Below the pieces are notes generated by a model. It searched no databases. It saw only the letters and a list, made by a program, of their open reading frames with translations, and was not told where the DNA came from. A stretch of 41,592 bases of DNA from Candidatus Zixiibacteriota bacterium. Lineage in GTDB: Bacteria > Zixibacteria > MSB-5A5 > WJJR01. The stretch spans positions 1 through 41,592 of the forward strand of contig JAVHPP010000091.1 of the NCBI GenBank assembly GCA_036170655.1, given 5' to 3'. Made by a program: the position numbers and the translations under genes. This document shows, piece by piece, positions 9,342 to 17,703 of this stretch (the stretch's first letter is position 1; every line of letters begins with the position of its first letter).

Positions 9342-9590
9342 CTATGGCTTTGCGGTGGCCGCTTCTTGAGAGCCAGTACCGGTCTCTGAGCCGACCATGC
9401 CATATTTGCGGCGGAACTTCTCCACCCGTCCAGCCGTGTCGATTAGTTTCTGCTTGCCAGTAAAGAATGGGTGGCAAGCCGAGCAGATCTCGACATGCAG
9501 ATCCTTGACCGTCGAGCGTGTCGGGATCTCATTGCCGCAGGCGCACTTGATGGTTGTCTCGTAGTACTTCGGATGAATGTCTGGTTTCAT
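9342..9590 (-). CDS. rpmE: 50S ribosomal protein L31 (zinc-binding type A)
   Basis: [12 protein letters not shown]...[25 protein letters not shown]. Confidence 0.97.
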   Translation of the reverse strand: MKPDIHPKYYETTIKCACGNEIPTRSTVKDLHVEICSACHPFFTGKQKLIDTAGRVEKFRRKYGMVGSETGTGSQEAATAKP

Positions 9591-9631
9591 TTCTTCTCTC
9601 CACTTCGCCCCAACATCATTTCGGGATTACC

Positions 9632-9660
9632 ATGATACGCAATCGTCCTGGAAATGACAA
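9632..9660 (-). promoter_or_regulatory. Sigma70-type promoter of the rpmE operon
   Basis: TTGTCA, 17 nt, TATCAT on the minus strand, ~40 nt upstream of the rpmE ATG. Confidence 0.6.
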
Positions 9661-9698
9661 CCGATTTGTTGTCTTTGTTCCCAATGACGAGAGACACT

Positions 9699-11630
9699 CT
9701 ATGTCAACTGCCTGCGAACGAGGTTTTCCGCGCCGCCAGCGACGACCAGCTCCTGCGCGACTGTGGAGAGTGGCGAAAATGGGAACTGGCGGCCATCACA
9801 CGCGATGACCGACTTTTGATAATCAACATCGAGGTCTGGGCCAACAATTGTCGGTGCGGTGGCATCACTGTACTTCTCTCGCAGGAAGTCTACCAGGGCT
9901 GGGCACTCGAAGACGACAAAGCCGTTGTTGAAGGCGTTGCGCTTATAGGTCTCGTTGAATGACACAGCAATCACGCATTGGATACCACGGTAGTCGAGCG
10001 CGGTGGCTGCTTGCTCGCGGGAGGAGCCGGTGCCGAAATTGCGACCGGCGACGATGATGTCGCCCTTCTGGGCGAGTGTCTGGAAACTCGGGTCGTAGTT
10101 CAGCATGCAGGCGGCGGCCATTTCCTCATGTGTCAGATTGTCTTTGTAAGTAAAGGTGCCGCCGTAGATACCGTCGGTGTTGAGGTTGTCGACAGGGAGC
10201 CAGAGCGCTCGTCCGTGGATCGAAGACGGGAATCCGGCGACGATTTCTGTCGCTTTGGCCGCCTGCGGCGGTTTGTGATGCTTCGTTGATGAAATCCGTC
10301 CTGCCACTTCGCAGAAGTCGACGGGAGCCGAGATGTAGCCGGCCACAGCGGAGGCGGCCACGACCGCCGGGCTGCCGAGATAGACCTGCGCGTCACGATG
10401 GCCCATGCGCCCCTTGAAGTTGCGATTGGTCGCGCTGATGCCGACTTCGCCGGCCTGCAGCGTGCCGGTGCCCAGCCCGATACAGGGACCACACCCGGAC
10501 GGGAGCATGATGGCGCCGGCATCCATCAGAATCTTCCAGTAGCCCGACTCCTCGGCCTGCTTCTGGATATTGACGGAGGCCGCCGCGACATAGAACTTCA
10601 CCCCATCGGCGACACGCTTTCCCTTGATGATCCGGGCAGCCTCGGCCAGGTCTTCGAGACGCGCGTTGACACAACTCAGCAGGTACGCTTTGTCGATCTT
10701 GACTCGCTTTTTCTGAATCTCCGGCAGGGAGATCATGGTCTTGACATGGTTGGGACCAGACACGTGCGGGATCACTGACGATAGATCGAGTGTCAGATCA
10801 ATTGCGTAATACGCATCGGGATCGGGACTGAGCCTGTCGGCATGCCAGCGGTCAACATCGGCCCGTGAGTACCGCGGCGTCCCCTGCAAGGCAAGAAAAT
10901 CGGCACGGCCATGGAGATAGTCACGGAGCACAAGATCGAATGGGAAGACCCCGGCCAGTGCGCCCCATTCGGTCGTCATATTGGCGATGCTCATCCGCTG
11001 ATCCATCGAGATACTGGCGATGCCATCACCGGCGAACTCAACCGCCATGTTGAGCACTTCATCGTGGTTGAACAATCCGCAGAGTGTGATAATGATATCT
11101 TTCCCCACGACTCCCGGGCGCAGCCGCCCGGTCAGCGTCACACGTGCGACCGGGGGCGCCTGCCACCATGTCTGCCCAGTGGCCCAGATCGCCGCCGCGT
11201 CGGTGCGTACCACCGGCGTGCCCAGCGCCGCCATCGCGCCATATAGATTGGAATGAGAGTCGCTGCCGACAACCATGCTTCCCGGCGTGACGTAGCCGTA
11301 CTCGACCATGACCTGATGAGAGATGCCGGTCCCGGCCGGGTAGAAGTCGATGCCGTGCTCCCTGGCGAACACTTCGATCCTGGCGTATTTGCCGAGATTA
11401 TCAGAGGACGTGTTCTGGATATCGTGATCGATGGCAAAAACCGGCTGACGCGGATCAAAAACCCGGCCGGCGCCAATGGTCTTGAACTTGCTCATTACCG
11501 CGCTGGTATTGTCGTGCGTCATCACGTGCCTGGGGCGGATGCGGATGAAATCCCCGGCGTGCACCAGTTCTCCAGACGCAATCCCCACGGCGTGGGCGGT
11601 GGCGATTTTTTCTACAAGTGTCTGGCCCAT
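9699..11630 (-). CDS. lysF: Single-chain homoaconitase-family hydratase (fungal Lys4/LysF-like; large and swivel domains fused)
   Basis: HDNT, DHD.QN, SDSHSN and TPVVRTDAAAIWATGQTWWQ motifs; [4Fe-4S] ligands SCVN and CGPCIG; C-terminal DNLNTDGIY and NFGTGSSREQA. ATG 11630 with SD GGGAG. Confidence 0.88.
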   Translation of the reverse strand: MGQTLVEKIATAHAVGIASGELVHAGDFIRIRPRHVMTHDNTSAVMSKFKTIGAGRVFDPRQPVFAIDHDIQNTSSDNLGKYARIEVFAREHGIDFYPAGTGISHQVMVEYGYVTPGSMVVGSDSHSNLYGAMAALGTPVVRTDAAAIWATGQTWWQAPPVARVTLTGRLRPGVVGKDIIITLCGLFNHDEVLNMAVEFAGDGIASISMDQRMSIANMTTEWGALAGVFPFDLVLRDYLHGRADFLALQGTPRYSRADVDRWHADRLSPDPDAYYAIDLTLDLSSVIPHVSGPNHVKTMISLPEIQKKRVKIDKAYLLSCVNARLEDLAEAARIIKGKRVADGVKFYVAAASVNIQKQAEESGYWKILMDAGAIMLPSGCGPCIGLGTGTLQAGEVGISATNRNFKGRMGHRDAQVYLGSPAVVAASAVAGYISAPVDFCEVAGRISSTKHHKPPQAAKATEIVAGFPSSIHGRALWLPVDNLNTDGIYGGTFTYKDNLTHEEMAAACMLNYDPSFQTLAQKGDIIVAGRNFGTGSSREQAATALDYRGIQCVIAVSFNETYKRNAFNNGFVVFECPALVDFLREKYSDATAPTIVGPDLDVDYQKSVIACDGRQFPFSPLSTVAQELVVAGGAENLVRRQLT

Positions 11631-11669
11631 CGACGGACTCCCCGAATATTCAGATTCCAAAAACAGCGA

Positions 11670-12203
11670 TCACCCACCCACCAGCTCGAAATCGATAAAG
11701 TCGGCGTGATGCAGCACGATGCCCTCGGGGGTGCGTTTCCCGCCGGCCGCTTCTTTTGAGTGCATGGCAACAACATGGATAACCGCATCGGGAAGACCCT
11801 GCTCCCAGCAAAGGCCGACCCCCGAAAACGGGTGACGGAGCAGCTTGCCGTGCTCGCTTTTCACGAACTGTCCATCTTTCTTTGTGAATTCGAGCGCCTT
11901 GCCGACATCGGCCAGCATCGCACCGGCAATCAGGATGTCGCGGTTCACCATATTCCGGCTGCCATAGGATTTGTCGAGGACATCCCAGCAGGCCATGCAC
12001 ATCTTGCAAACCGTCCGGACATGTTCAACGAATGTCACGCTGACATTGGGCACCAGAAGAGTGAACGGCATGGCGCGCAGATCATCGTATGTCAGATCGC
12101 TGCGCTTCATCGCCGCGGTCCAGGCCGCAGCCGTTTTTGCGCGCAATGCCGCGTCCTTGATTTCATTGATCTCCGGGAAAATGGACAGGATTTCTTCGGG
12201 CAT
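11670..12203 (-). CDS. HD/HDIG-superfamily protein with HD motif changed to AD
   Basis: EHV...MLADVGK...RHPFSG...MHSKE...HHADF pattern; ATG 12203 with SD GAGG (alternative start 12224). Confidence 0.8.
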   Translation of the reverse strand: MPEEILSIFPEINEIKDAALRAKTAAAWTAAMKRSDLTYDDLRAMPFTLLVPNVSVTFVEHVRTVCKMCMACWDVLDKSYGSRNMVNRDILIAGAMLADVGKALEFTKKDGQFVKSEHGKLLRHPFSGVGLCWEQGLPDAVIHVVAMHSKEAAGGKRTPEGIVLHHADFIDFELVGG

Positions 12204-12224
12204 GGGATATCCTCGCTGTTCCAT

Positions 12225-13004
12225 TCAAGTCAGGTGCCGCAGCGGCGGTCCGTCATAAGTGATGTCGGTTGGGTGGATCCGCCGCATCGGCTTCTGGCGT
12301 GTCTTTTCTTCATGCGCATGGGCCAGAAGACCGGGCAGTCGTGAGATCATAAAGAACGCATTTCCAAGCGCCGGCGGAATGTTAAGATCAACCAAGACGG
12401 CGGCAATGGCGCCATCTACGTTCAACGGCAGCGACTTTCCGGTCGCACGTGCAATCGCCGCTTCCAGAGCACGCGCCATCTTCAGTCCATCTCCGGCCTT
12501 CTCGAGATCGTCAACCATCTGCAGCAGCCGTGTTGTGCGCGGGTCTTTGGTATGCAGGCGGTGGCCAAATCCAGGGAGGCGCGCACCGCGGGCCTTGTAC
12601 GAGTCGAACGTCGACTTGGCCGCATCTTCGACAGACAGTCCCTTGTCCCTGACCAGAATCAGGGCCTCACGCATCGCGGTCATGCTGTCTTCAATCGCGC
12701 CGCCATGGAACTTCGAGATTGCGAGTATCCCGGCCGCGACCGCTGAGCCGAGAGGCGCGCCCGTCGATGCCACTGTCACTGTGGCGAGCGCCGATGGCGG
12801 CGATGTGCCATGGTCGAGCGATGAGACAAAGATCGCATCGAGGATCGTGGCCGTGGCCTTGTCTGGGAGTTCGCCAGTCAATGCAAGGTAAATTGCCTCG
12901 GCAAATCCGGCATGTCCCATCAATTCTTCGACCGGGTACCCGCGCAGACGGATTGTATTCGGCCCGATTTCCGTGATGGCCGACGGCCAGTTCAGTTCAC
13001 CCAT
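12225..13004 (-). CDS. Citryl-CoA lyase (short citrate-synthase family)
   Basis: 259 aa; IRLRGY, DHG..PPS, HGGA, PGFGHR, DPR and NVDG motifs; too short for a full citrate synthase. Confidence 0.87.
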   Translation of the reverse strand: MGELNWPSAITEIGPNTIRLRGYPVEELMGHAGFAEAIYLALTGELPDKATATILDAIFVSSLDHGTSPPSALATVTVASTGAPLGSAVAAGILAISKFHGGAIEDSMTAMREALILVRDKGLSVEDAAKSTFDSYKARGARLPGFGHRLHTKDPRTTRLLQMVDDLEKAGDGLKMARALEAAIARATGKSLPLNVDGAIAAVLVDLNIPPALGNAFFMISRLPGLLAHAHEEKTRQKPMRRIHPTDITYDGPPLRHLT

Positions 13005-13075
13005 TTGTCACCTCAATCTTGCCAGTCCGGTCTGTGGAACAAACGCATTGTGCATCCGTGTCACAACGCCCGCCG

Positions 13076-14002
13076 TCATCGGGAAATGGGGATTTTCGCG
13101 GTGTCCATAGGGCGGATGACCGATTTGACGGCATCGGGAATGTCGCCAAAGTTATCGACCACGGTGACGCCGACCTCGCGCAGACGTTTGACTTTCCCTT
13201 CATGGGTACCACGGCCGCCTTCGATGATCGCACCGGCGTGTGAGAACCGTGTTCCCGACTGGGCGCCCTTCCCGCCAATGTAGGCGACCAGAGGCTTGGT
13301 GAATTTTCCGGCAGCAATCAAGTCAGCCACGCGCTCTTCCTGTGTCGAGCCGATTTCGCCGAACATCACGATGCAATCCGTTTCCGGATCCGCCTCGAAT
13401 AACTCCATGACCGCCGGATGGTCTGTGCCGACGATGGCGTCACCACCCACATGAACGATGGTCGAAAGACCAATGCCAGCGCGGGACAGATAGTAGGCGA
13501 TCGAGGAGGTGATCCCGCCCGATCGCGACGACACACCCACCCGACCGGGAAGAAACCAATCTCTGGCCGCGGCGGCGGAACCACCCATCATCCCAAACAC
13601 GGCCTTGCCGGGCGAGAGCAATCCCAAGGTGTTCGGGCCGATGAATCGCGCCCCCGCGTTTCTGGCGGTGGCGGCGATTTCGAGGACATCGTAGATCGGC
13701 ACACGGTCAGGGACGATTACCAGAAGCTTGATGCCAGCCGCCAGCGCTTCCAGCGCGGCATTCTTCACCAACGGCGCGGGCACAAAAACGACCGAGACAT
13801 CCAAGACACCGATCTTCTCCACTGCTTCGATGACCGTATCAAAGACGGGTACACCCAGCACATTCTGTCCCCCTTTGCCGGGTGTGCAGCCGGCGACCAC
13901 ACGGGTGCCGTAACGCTGCATCAATTGTGTGCGCGCCATTCCCTCGCGCCCGGTGATACCCTGCACAATGACAGTCTTGATTTCGTCGACGAGGATGCTC
14001 AT
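13076..14002 (-). CDS. SucD-like CoA-ligase alpha subunit (citryl-CoA synthetase small-subunit-like)
   Basis: MSILVD, VQGITG, PGKGG, IGPNTLG, SRSGG, GGD and GEIG motifs; phospho-His motif FSHAGA. Confidence 0.9.
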   Translation of the reverse strand: MSILVDEIKTVIVQGITGREGMARTQLMQRYGTRVVAGCTPGKGGQNVLGVPVFDTVIEAVEKIGVLDVSVVFVPAPLVKNAALEALAAGIKLLVIVPDRVPIYDVLEIAATARNAGARFIGPNTLGLLSPGKAVFGMMGGSAAAARDWFLPGRVGVSSRSGGITSSIAYYLSRAGIGLSTIVHVGGDAIVGTDHPAVMELFEADPETDCIVMFGEIGSTQEERVADLIAAGKFTKPLVAYIGGKGAQSGTRFSHAGAIIEGGRGTHEGKVKRLREVGVTVVDNFGDIPDAVKSVIRPMDTAKIPISR

Positions 14003-14051
14003 GGTATCTGAGAATGATACGTTTCTTCTGGTTCTCCCCTGACGGGTCAAC

Positions 14052-14075
14052 GGACACGGCAAGCCGTGTCCCTAC
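14052..14075 (-). repeat. REP-like palindrome (GTAG family)
   Basis: Minus strand GTAG-GGACACGGC-TT-GCCGTGTCC architecture in the beta/alpha intergenic gap; single copy in the window. Confidence 0.65.
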
Positions 14076-14089
14076 AAAGTCATGGATCC

Positions 14090-15652
14090 TCAGTTTTCGG
14101 CCGCGACCTTCGCACGGTATTCATCCAGTCCAGGAATCGGCAGGATGACCCGTCCGCCGCTTTTGCCACCGACGCGGCATTCGACTTCGCACGCCAGACA
14201 TTCGATGCACTTGCCGGCTTTGGCCTCGTCACGCGAGATGTTCAGCACCACAGCGCCATTTTCTTCTTTCAGGATCTGGGGCACGCAGGTCTTGATGCAA
14301 CTCTTCGTCGTGCACTCGCGGCACAGCGCGTGGTCGAAAATGATCCGGCCGGTCGGAGTTTCAAAGGAGTATGGGTCCTTGGCCACGAAGTCGAGAGTGA
14401 CGGGCGCCATGGGGCGCGGCGCCGTGTCCCCTTGCCGTGCATTGAGTAATGATTGCATCCGTTCGGCGCAGAAGTCGGCGGTGTCGTCTTTCTTGTATCC
14501 CTCGACCGGCGCCGGGAGGTTTTTCGTGTATTCGGTGAGAATGTGGATCGCCTGATCTTCTCCGTTGCCGCCGAGACGGATCACGGCGGGAATGGAAAGA
14601 TTCTCCTCCCAGAATGCCTTGACCAACCCGCGCGCGGAGTGAAATTGCTCCTGTGAGGCAACACCTGATCCCGAACCGAAATAACCGTCAATGTTGGGTT
14701 GCGAGAGAATGATCTTGGCGGCACGGTAGACTTTCGAGGCGGGCGGATTGCCGGATGTGTCGGTAAAGTTGGCGATCTTGTATCCGCGTTTGACCAGCGC
14801 ATCCATCGACATCATGGAACCGCCACCACCGGCGCCGTGAAATCCCAGATACCCCTCTCCCCGCTTGTACCCGCGCGCCATCTCAATGAAGTAGAAGGTG
14901 CCGCGGTAGTCATTCTTTTCCACAGTCCAGGCGATTTTGTCGAGTTCGGTGGGCGGGCGCCCAAACTCGCGCGCAATTTCGATCTTCAATTCCGGGTGAC
15001 GGAACACGGCATTGTCATCGACCACGAGACGGCAATCGCACGCGGTGAGCTTGCCATCGGGACGCAGAACAAGCGGGTTGATCTCAACGGACCGCGCCTC
15101 CCACTGGCGCGCAACCTGCCAGAGTCTGAGCAGGGCCTTGGTGAGTTCGTTCTGGAGCGAACCCGTGACGCCCGTCTTGCGCACCGCCTCGCGCGCTTCG
15201 TGTTCGCGCAGCCCGAAGCGTACATCGACCGGAGTCTTCGACACACTCTTGGGAGACTGGCGCGCGAGTTCCTCAACGCCCGATCCGCCAATCGACGAAA
15301 AGATCACCAGCGGCGTCTTGTTGGCATCATCCACGATGATCCCCGCATAGAACTCGCGTATAATTTCGACCCTTTCTTCGATCAAGACCTCAGTGACATC
15401 GAAGCCGCCGAGTTTGAGCGCGAGCATTTGTTCAACGGCTTTCGTGACATCTGTCGTGGTATCGACAAACGCAATGGCGCCCTTGGCTGCACGCGATGTG
15501 GTCCAAGCCTGGGCTTTCACCACGGCAGGGAGACCGCAGATATCGAGGGCGGCCCCGACCTCACGAGCGGAACGAACAACCTGTCCCTTGGGGACAGCAA
15601 ATCCTGCTTCCCGCAGAAGCTGCTTACCCTGATATTCATGTAAACGCGCCAT
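14090..15652 (-). CDS. ATP-grasp CoA-ligase beta subunit (citryl-CoA synthetase/ACL-like) fused to a C-terminal 2x[4Fe-4S] ferredoxin domain
   Basis: LHEYQGK, VKAQ, EINPL and DDNAVFRH motifs; GAGGGGS, ANFTDTSGNP and GSGVAS resemble ACL-type substrate loops; tail CRECTTKSCIKTC...CIECLACEVEC. Confidence 0.88.
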   Translation of the reverse strand: MARLHEYQGKQLLREAGFAVPKGQVVRSAREVGAALDICGLPAVVKAQAWTTSRAAKGAIAFVDTTTDVTKAVEQMLALKLGGFDVTEVLIEERVEIIREFYAGIIVDDANKTPLVIFSSIGGSGVEELARQSPKSVSKTPVDVRFGLREHEAREAVRKTGVTGSLQNELTKALLRLWQVARQWEARSVEINPLVLRPDGKLTACDCRLVVDDNAVFRHPELKIEIAREFGRPPTELDKIAWTVEKNDYRGTFYFIEMARGYKRGEGYLGFHGAGGGGSMMSMDALVKRGYKIANFTDTSGNPPASKVYRAAKIILSQPNIDGYFGSGSGVASQEQFHSARGLVKAFWEENLSIPAVIRLGGNGEDQAIHILTEYTKNLPAPVEGYKKDDTADFCAERMQSLLNARQGDTAPRPMAPVTLDFVAKDPYSFETPTGRIIFDHALCRECTTKSCIKTCVPQILKEENGAVVLNISRDEAKAGKCIECLACEVECRVGGKSGGRVILPIPGLDEYRAKVAAEN

Positions 15653-15660
15653 AGAAAGAT

Positions 15661-15719
15661 TGACCGGCGTCGCTACCGGTCAGAATAAACAATATCGGCT
15701 GACCCAAGATGGTTGTCAA
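15661..15719 (-). promoter_or_regulatory. Putative promoter plus inverted repeat upstream of the CoA-ligase operon
   Basis: TTGACA (15719-14), 17 nt, GATATT (15696-91); then TGACCGG-N8-CCGGTCA (15661-15682) just before an SD-less ATG. Confidence 0.4.
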
Positions 15720-15909
15720 TGCTGTGCAAGATGGCACGGGAGTTTCTGACACCGCATGGGTGTTTCCCCGATCAGAGGAAGCCCCCGTACGGAAGTCAGC
15801 CTGATTCATTAACACCTCGCCCGTCCGGCGTCGGACCGAATTCGCTTGTCCTGATGTTTCGTAATTAACAATACTTGTGCCCTGACCCAAACGCACAGAA
15901 GGAGATCGA

Positions 15910-17031
15910 ATGATGGCCAAATACAAGATCGCATGGATGCCCGGCGACGGGATTGGTAACGACGTTCTGGAGGCAGCGAAGATCGTCCTCGAGGCGCTCA
16001 AACTGGATGCCGAGTACATCCACGCCGACATCGGTTGGGAGTGCTGGCGCCGGGAAGGGAACGCGCTGCCGGAGCGGACGCTCAGTCTCCTGCGTGAAAC
16101 CAAATGCGCCCTCTTCGGCGCGATCACCTCCAAACCCAAGGAAGAAGCGGAAGCCGAACTGTCACCAGCGTTGAAGGGCAAGGGGCTGAAGTACTCGTCG
16201 CCGATTGTCGGTCTGCGTCAGGCATTTCATCTGCATACCAACCTGCGTCCGTGCAAAGCATACTCCGGCAACCCGCTCAACTATCGCGAGGATATCAACC
16301 TTGTGGTCTTCCGGGAGAACACCGAGGACCTGTACTCGGGCGTGGAGTTCCATCCCGTCCCCGATGATCTTCGCGCCAAGCTCTCCGAACACAACAAGAA
16401 TATGAGGAGATTCGACGCGGTGAGTGGTTCGGACCTGGCGATCTCTTGCCGTATCCTGTCGCGCCAGGCGTGCCGTTCAATCGTTACCGGCGCCTTCGAG
16501 TATGCCCGGAAGTTCGGCTATCCATCGGTCACGGTCATTGAGAAACCGAATGTCATTCGCGAGACATCCGGGCTGATGGTGCGCACCGCGCGTGAGGTGG
16601 CCAAGAACTACCCAGCCATCAAACTCCGCGAAGCCAATATCGACGCGATGTGCATGTGGCTGATCAAAAACCCGCAGGACTACGGCGTGCTGGCGACGTC
16701 AAACCTGTTCGGCGACATCATCTCCGACTTGTGCGCGCAACTGGTCGGAGGCCTGGGATTTGCCTCTTCGGGGAACATCGGCGACACGTATGCGGTCTTC
16801 GAGCCAACGCACGGATCGGCGCCCAAGTACGCGGGCCAGTACAAGGTCAACCCGATGGCGACACTCCTGACGGTCAAGCTCATGCTCGACTGGCTCGGCG
16901 AGATCAAGATGGCGACACGCGTTGAGAGCGCCGTGGCAAAGGTGATCAAGGCGGGACAGTGCCGGACCTACGACATGGGCGGGAACAATACGACGCTGGA
17001 AGTCGCCGAGGCCGTGGCCAGAAACCTGTAA
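15910..17031 (+). CDS. Isocitrate/homoisocitrate/isopropylmalate dehydrogenase family protein
   Basis: PGDGIG, YSSPIVGLR, NLRP, RENTEDLY, NLFGDIISDL and EPTHGSAPKYAG motifs; SD AAGGAG. Confidence 0.93.
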   Translation: MMAKYKIAWMPGDGIGNDVLEAAKIVLEALKLDAEYIHADIGWECWRREGNALPERTLSLLRETKCALFGAITSKPKEEAEAELSPALKGKGLKYSSPIVGLRQAFHLHTNLRPCKAYSGNPLNYREDINLVVFRENTEDLYSGVEFHPVPDDLRAKLSEHNKNMRRFDAVSGSDLAISCRILSRQACRSIVTGAFEYARKFGYPSVTVIEKPNVIRETSGLMVRTAREVAKNYPAIKLREANIDAMCMWLIKNPQDYGVLATSNLFGDIISDLCAQLVGGLGFASSGNIGDTYAVFEPTHGSAPKYAGQYKVNPMATLLTVKLMLDWLGEIKMATRVESAVAKVIKAGQCRTYDMGGNNTTLEVAEAVARNL

Positions 17032-17109
17032 GTCAGAACCGCCGGACGCACGTGACCCGCGGCGGGAGTTGACGCTGACATGACCCATGCCGGCCCCTGC
17101 CGGTAATCG

Positions 17110-17697
17110 TTAGAAGGAATCTTTCAACGCTTTGGTGTCGGTCATCTTGCCGGTGACCTGACGGCGCAACTTGATGCGCGTCAACTCGGGATCGGACTGA
17201 AAACCATATCCGGCCATCACGTCATCTCCACGCGTGATGACCACATACCCATCCGTGGAAATCGTCCGACTCGAGTCGTTCCAGGCCAGTTGCTCGGAGG
17301 TCAGCGTTGTCCCCTTGTCGGCCCGGATGCGCACATGACCGAAAACTTCGAGGCCGCGCTGATGTTCACGGAGCAAAGCAGAATCAGCGAGAAGCAGCGA
17401 CGTGTGCTTTCCCGCCTCATTGAAGAAATCCACCAACAGTTCATAGGCCCAGGCGGAGTCGCGCTCGGCGTAGTTGACAATCCGTCCGCTCTTAATCTTG
17501 GTGGTCACCACCGCGCCGGTGAGAAACACGGTGGTGGCATTGGTGGCTTCCGACGAAGGAAATGTCTGGGCTGGCGGTTTGACCGCCGGTTCCTGGGCTC
17601 CGCAGGAGACGAAGAAGAATGCTCCCCAGAGCATGATGATCGCGGCCCGGAAACGGCCGGACGGACGGGGATCCCCTGTCGGGAGACACGTGCCCAT
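17110..17697 (-). CDS. lptC: LPS export periplasmic protein LptC
   Basis: Lipoprotein-like FFFVSC; LLADSA, TTLTSEQLAWN and GYGFQSDPEL beta-jellyroll motifs; follows kdsD. Confidence 0.8.
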   Translation of the reverse strand: MGTCLPTGDPRPSGRFRAAIIMLWGAFFFVSCGAQEPAVKPPAQTFPSSEATNATTVFLTGAVVTTKIKSGRIVNYAERDSAWAYELLVDFFNEAGKHTSLLLADSALLREHQRGLEVFGHVRIRADKGTTLTSEQLAWNDSSRTISTDGYVVITRGDDVMAGYGFQSDPELTRIKLRRQVTGKMTDTKALKDSF

Positions 17698-17703
17698 AGC
17701 GTC

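Noticed and set aside
13076..15652. Annotation as ordinary succinyl-CoA synthetase sucCD
   Set aside because: The beta subunit lacks the SucC GGRGK and NIFGGI motifs, carries a ferredoxin tail and is followed by citryl-CoA lyase, so gene symbols were withheld.
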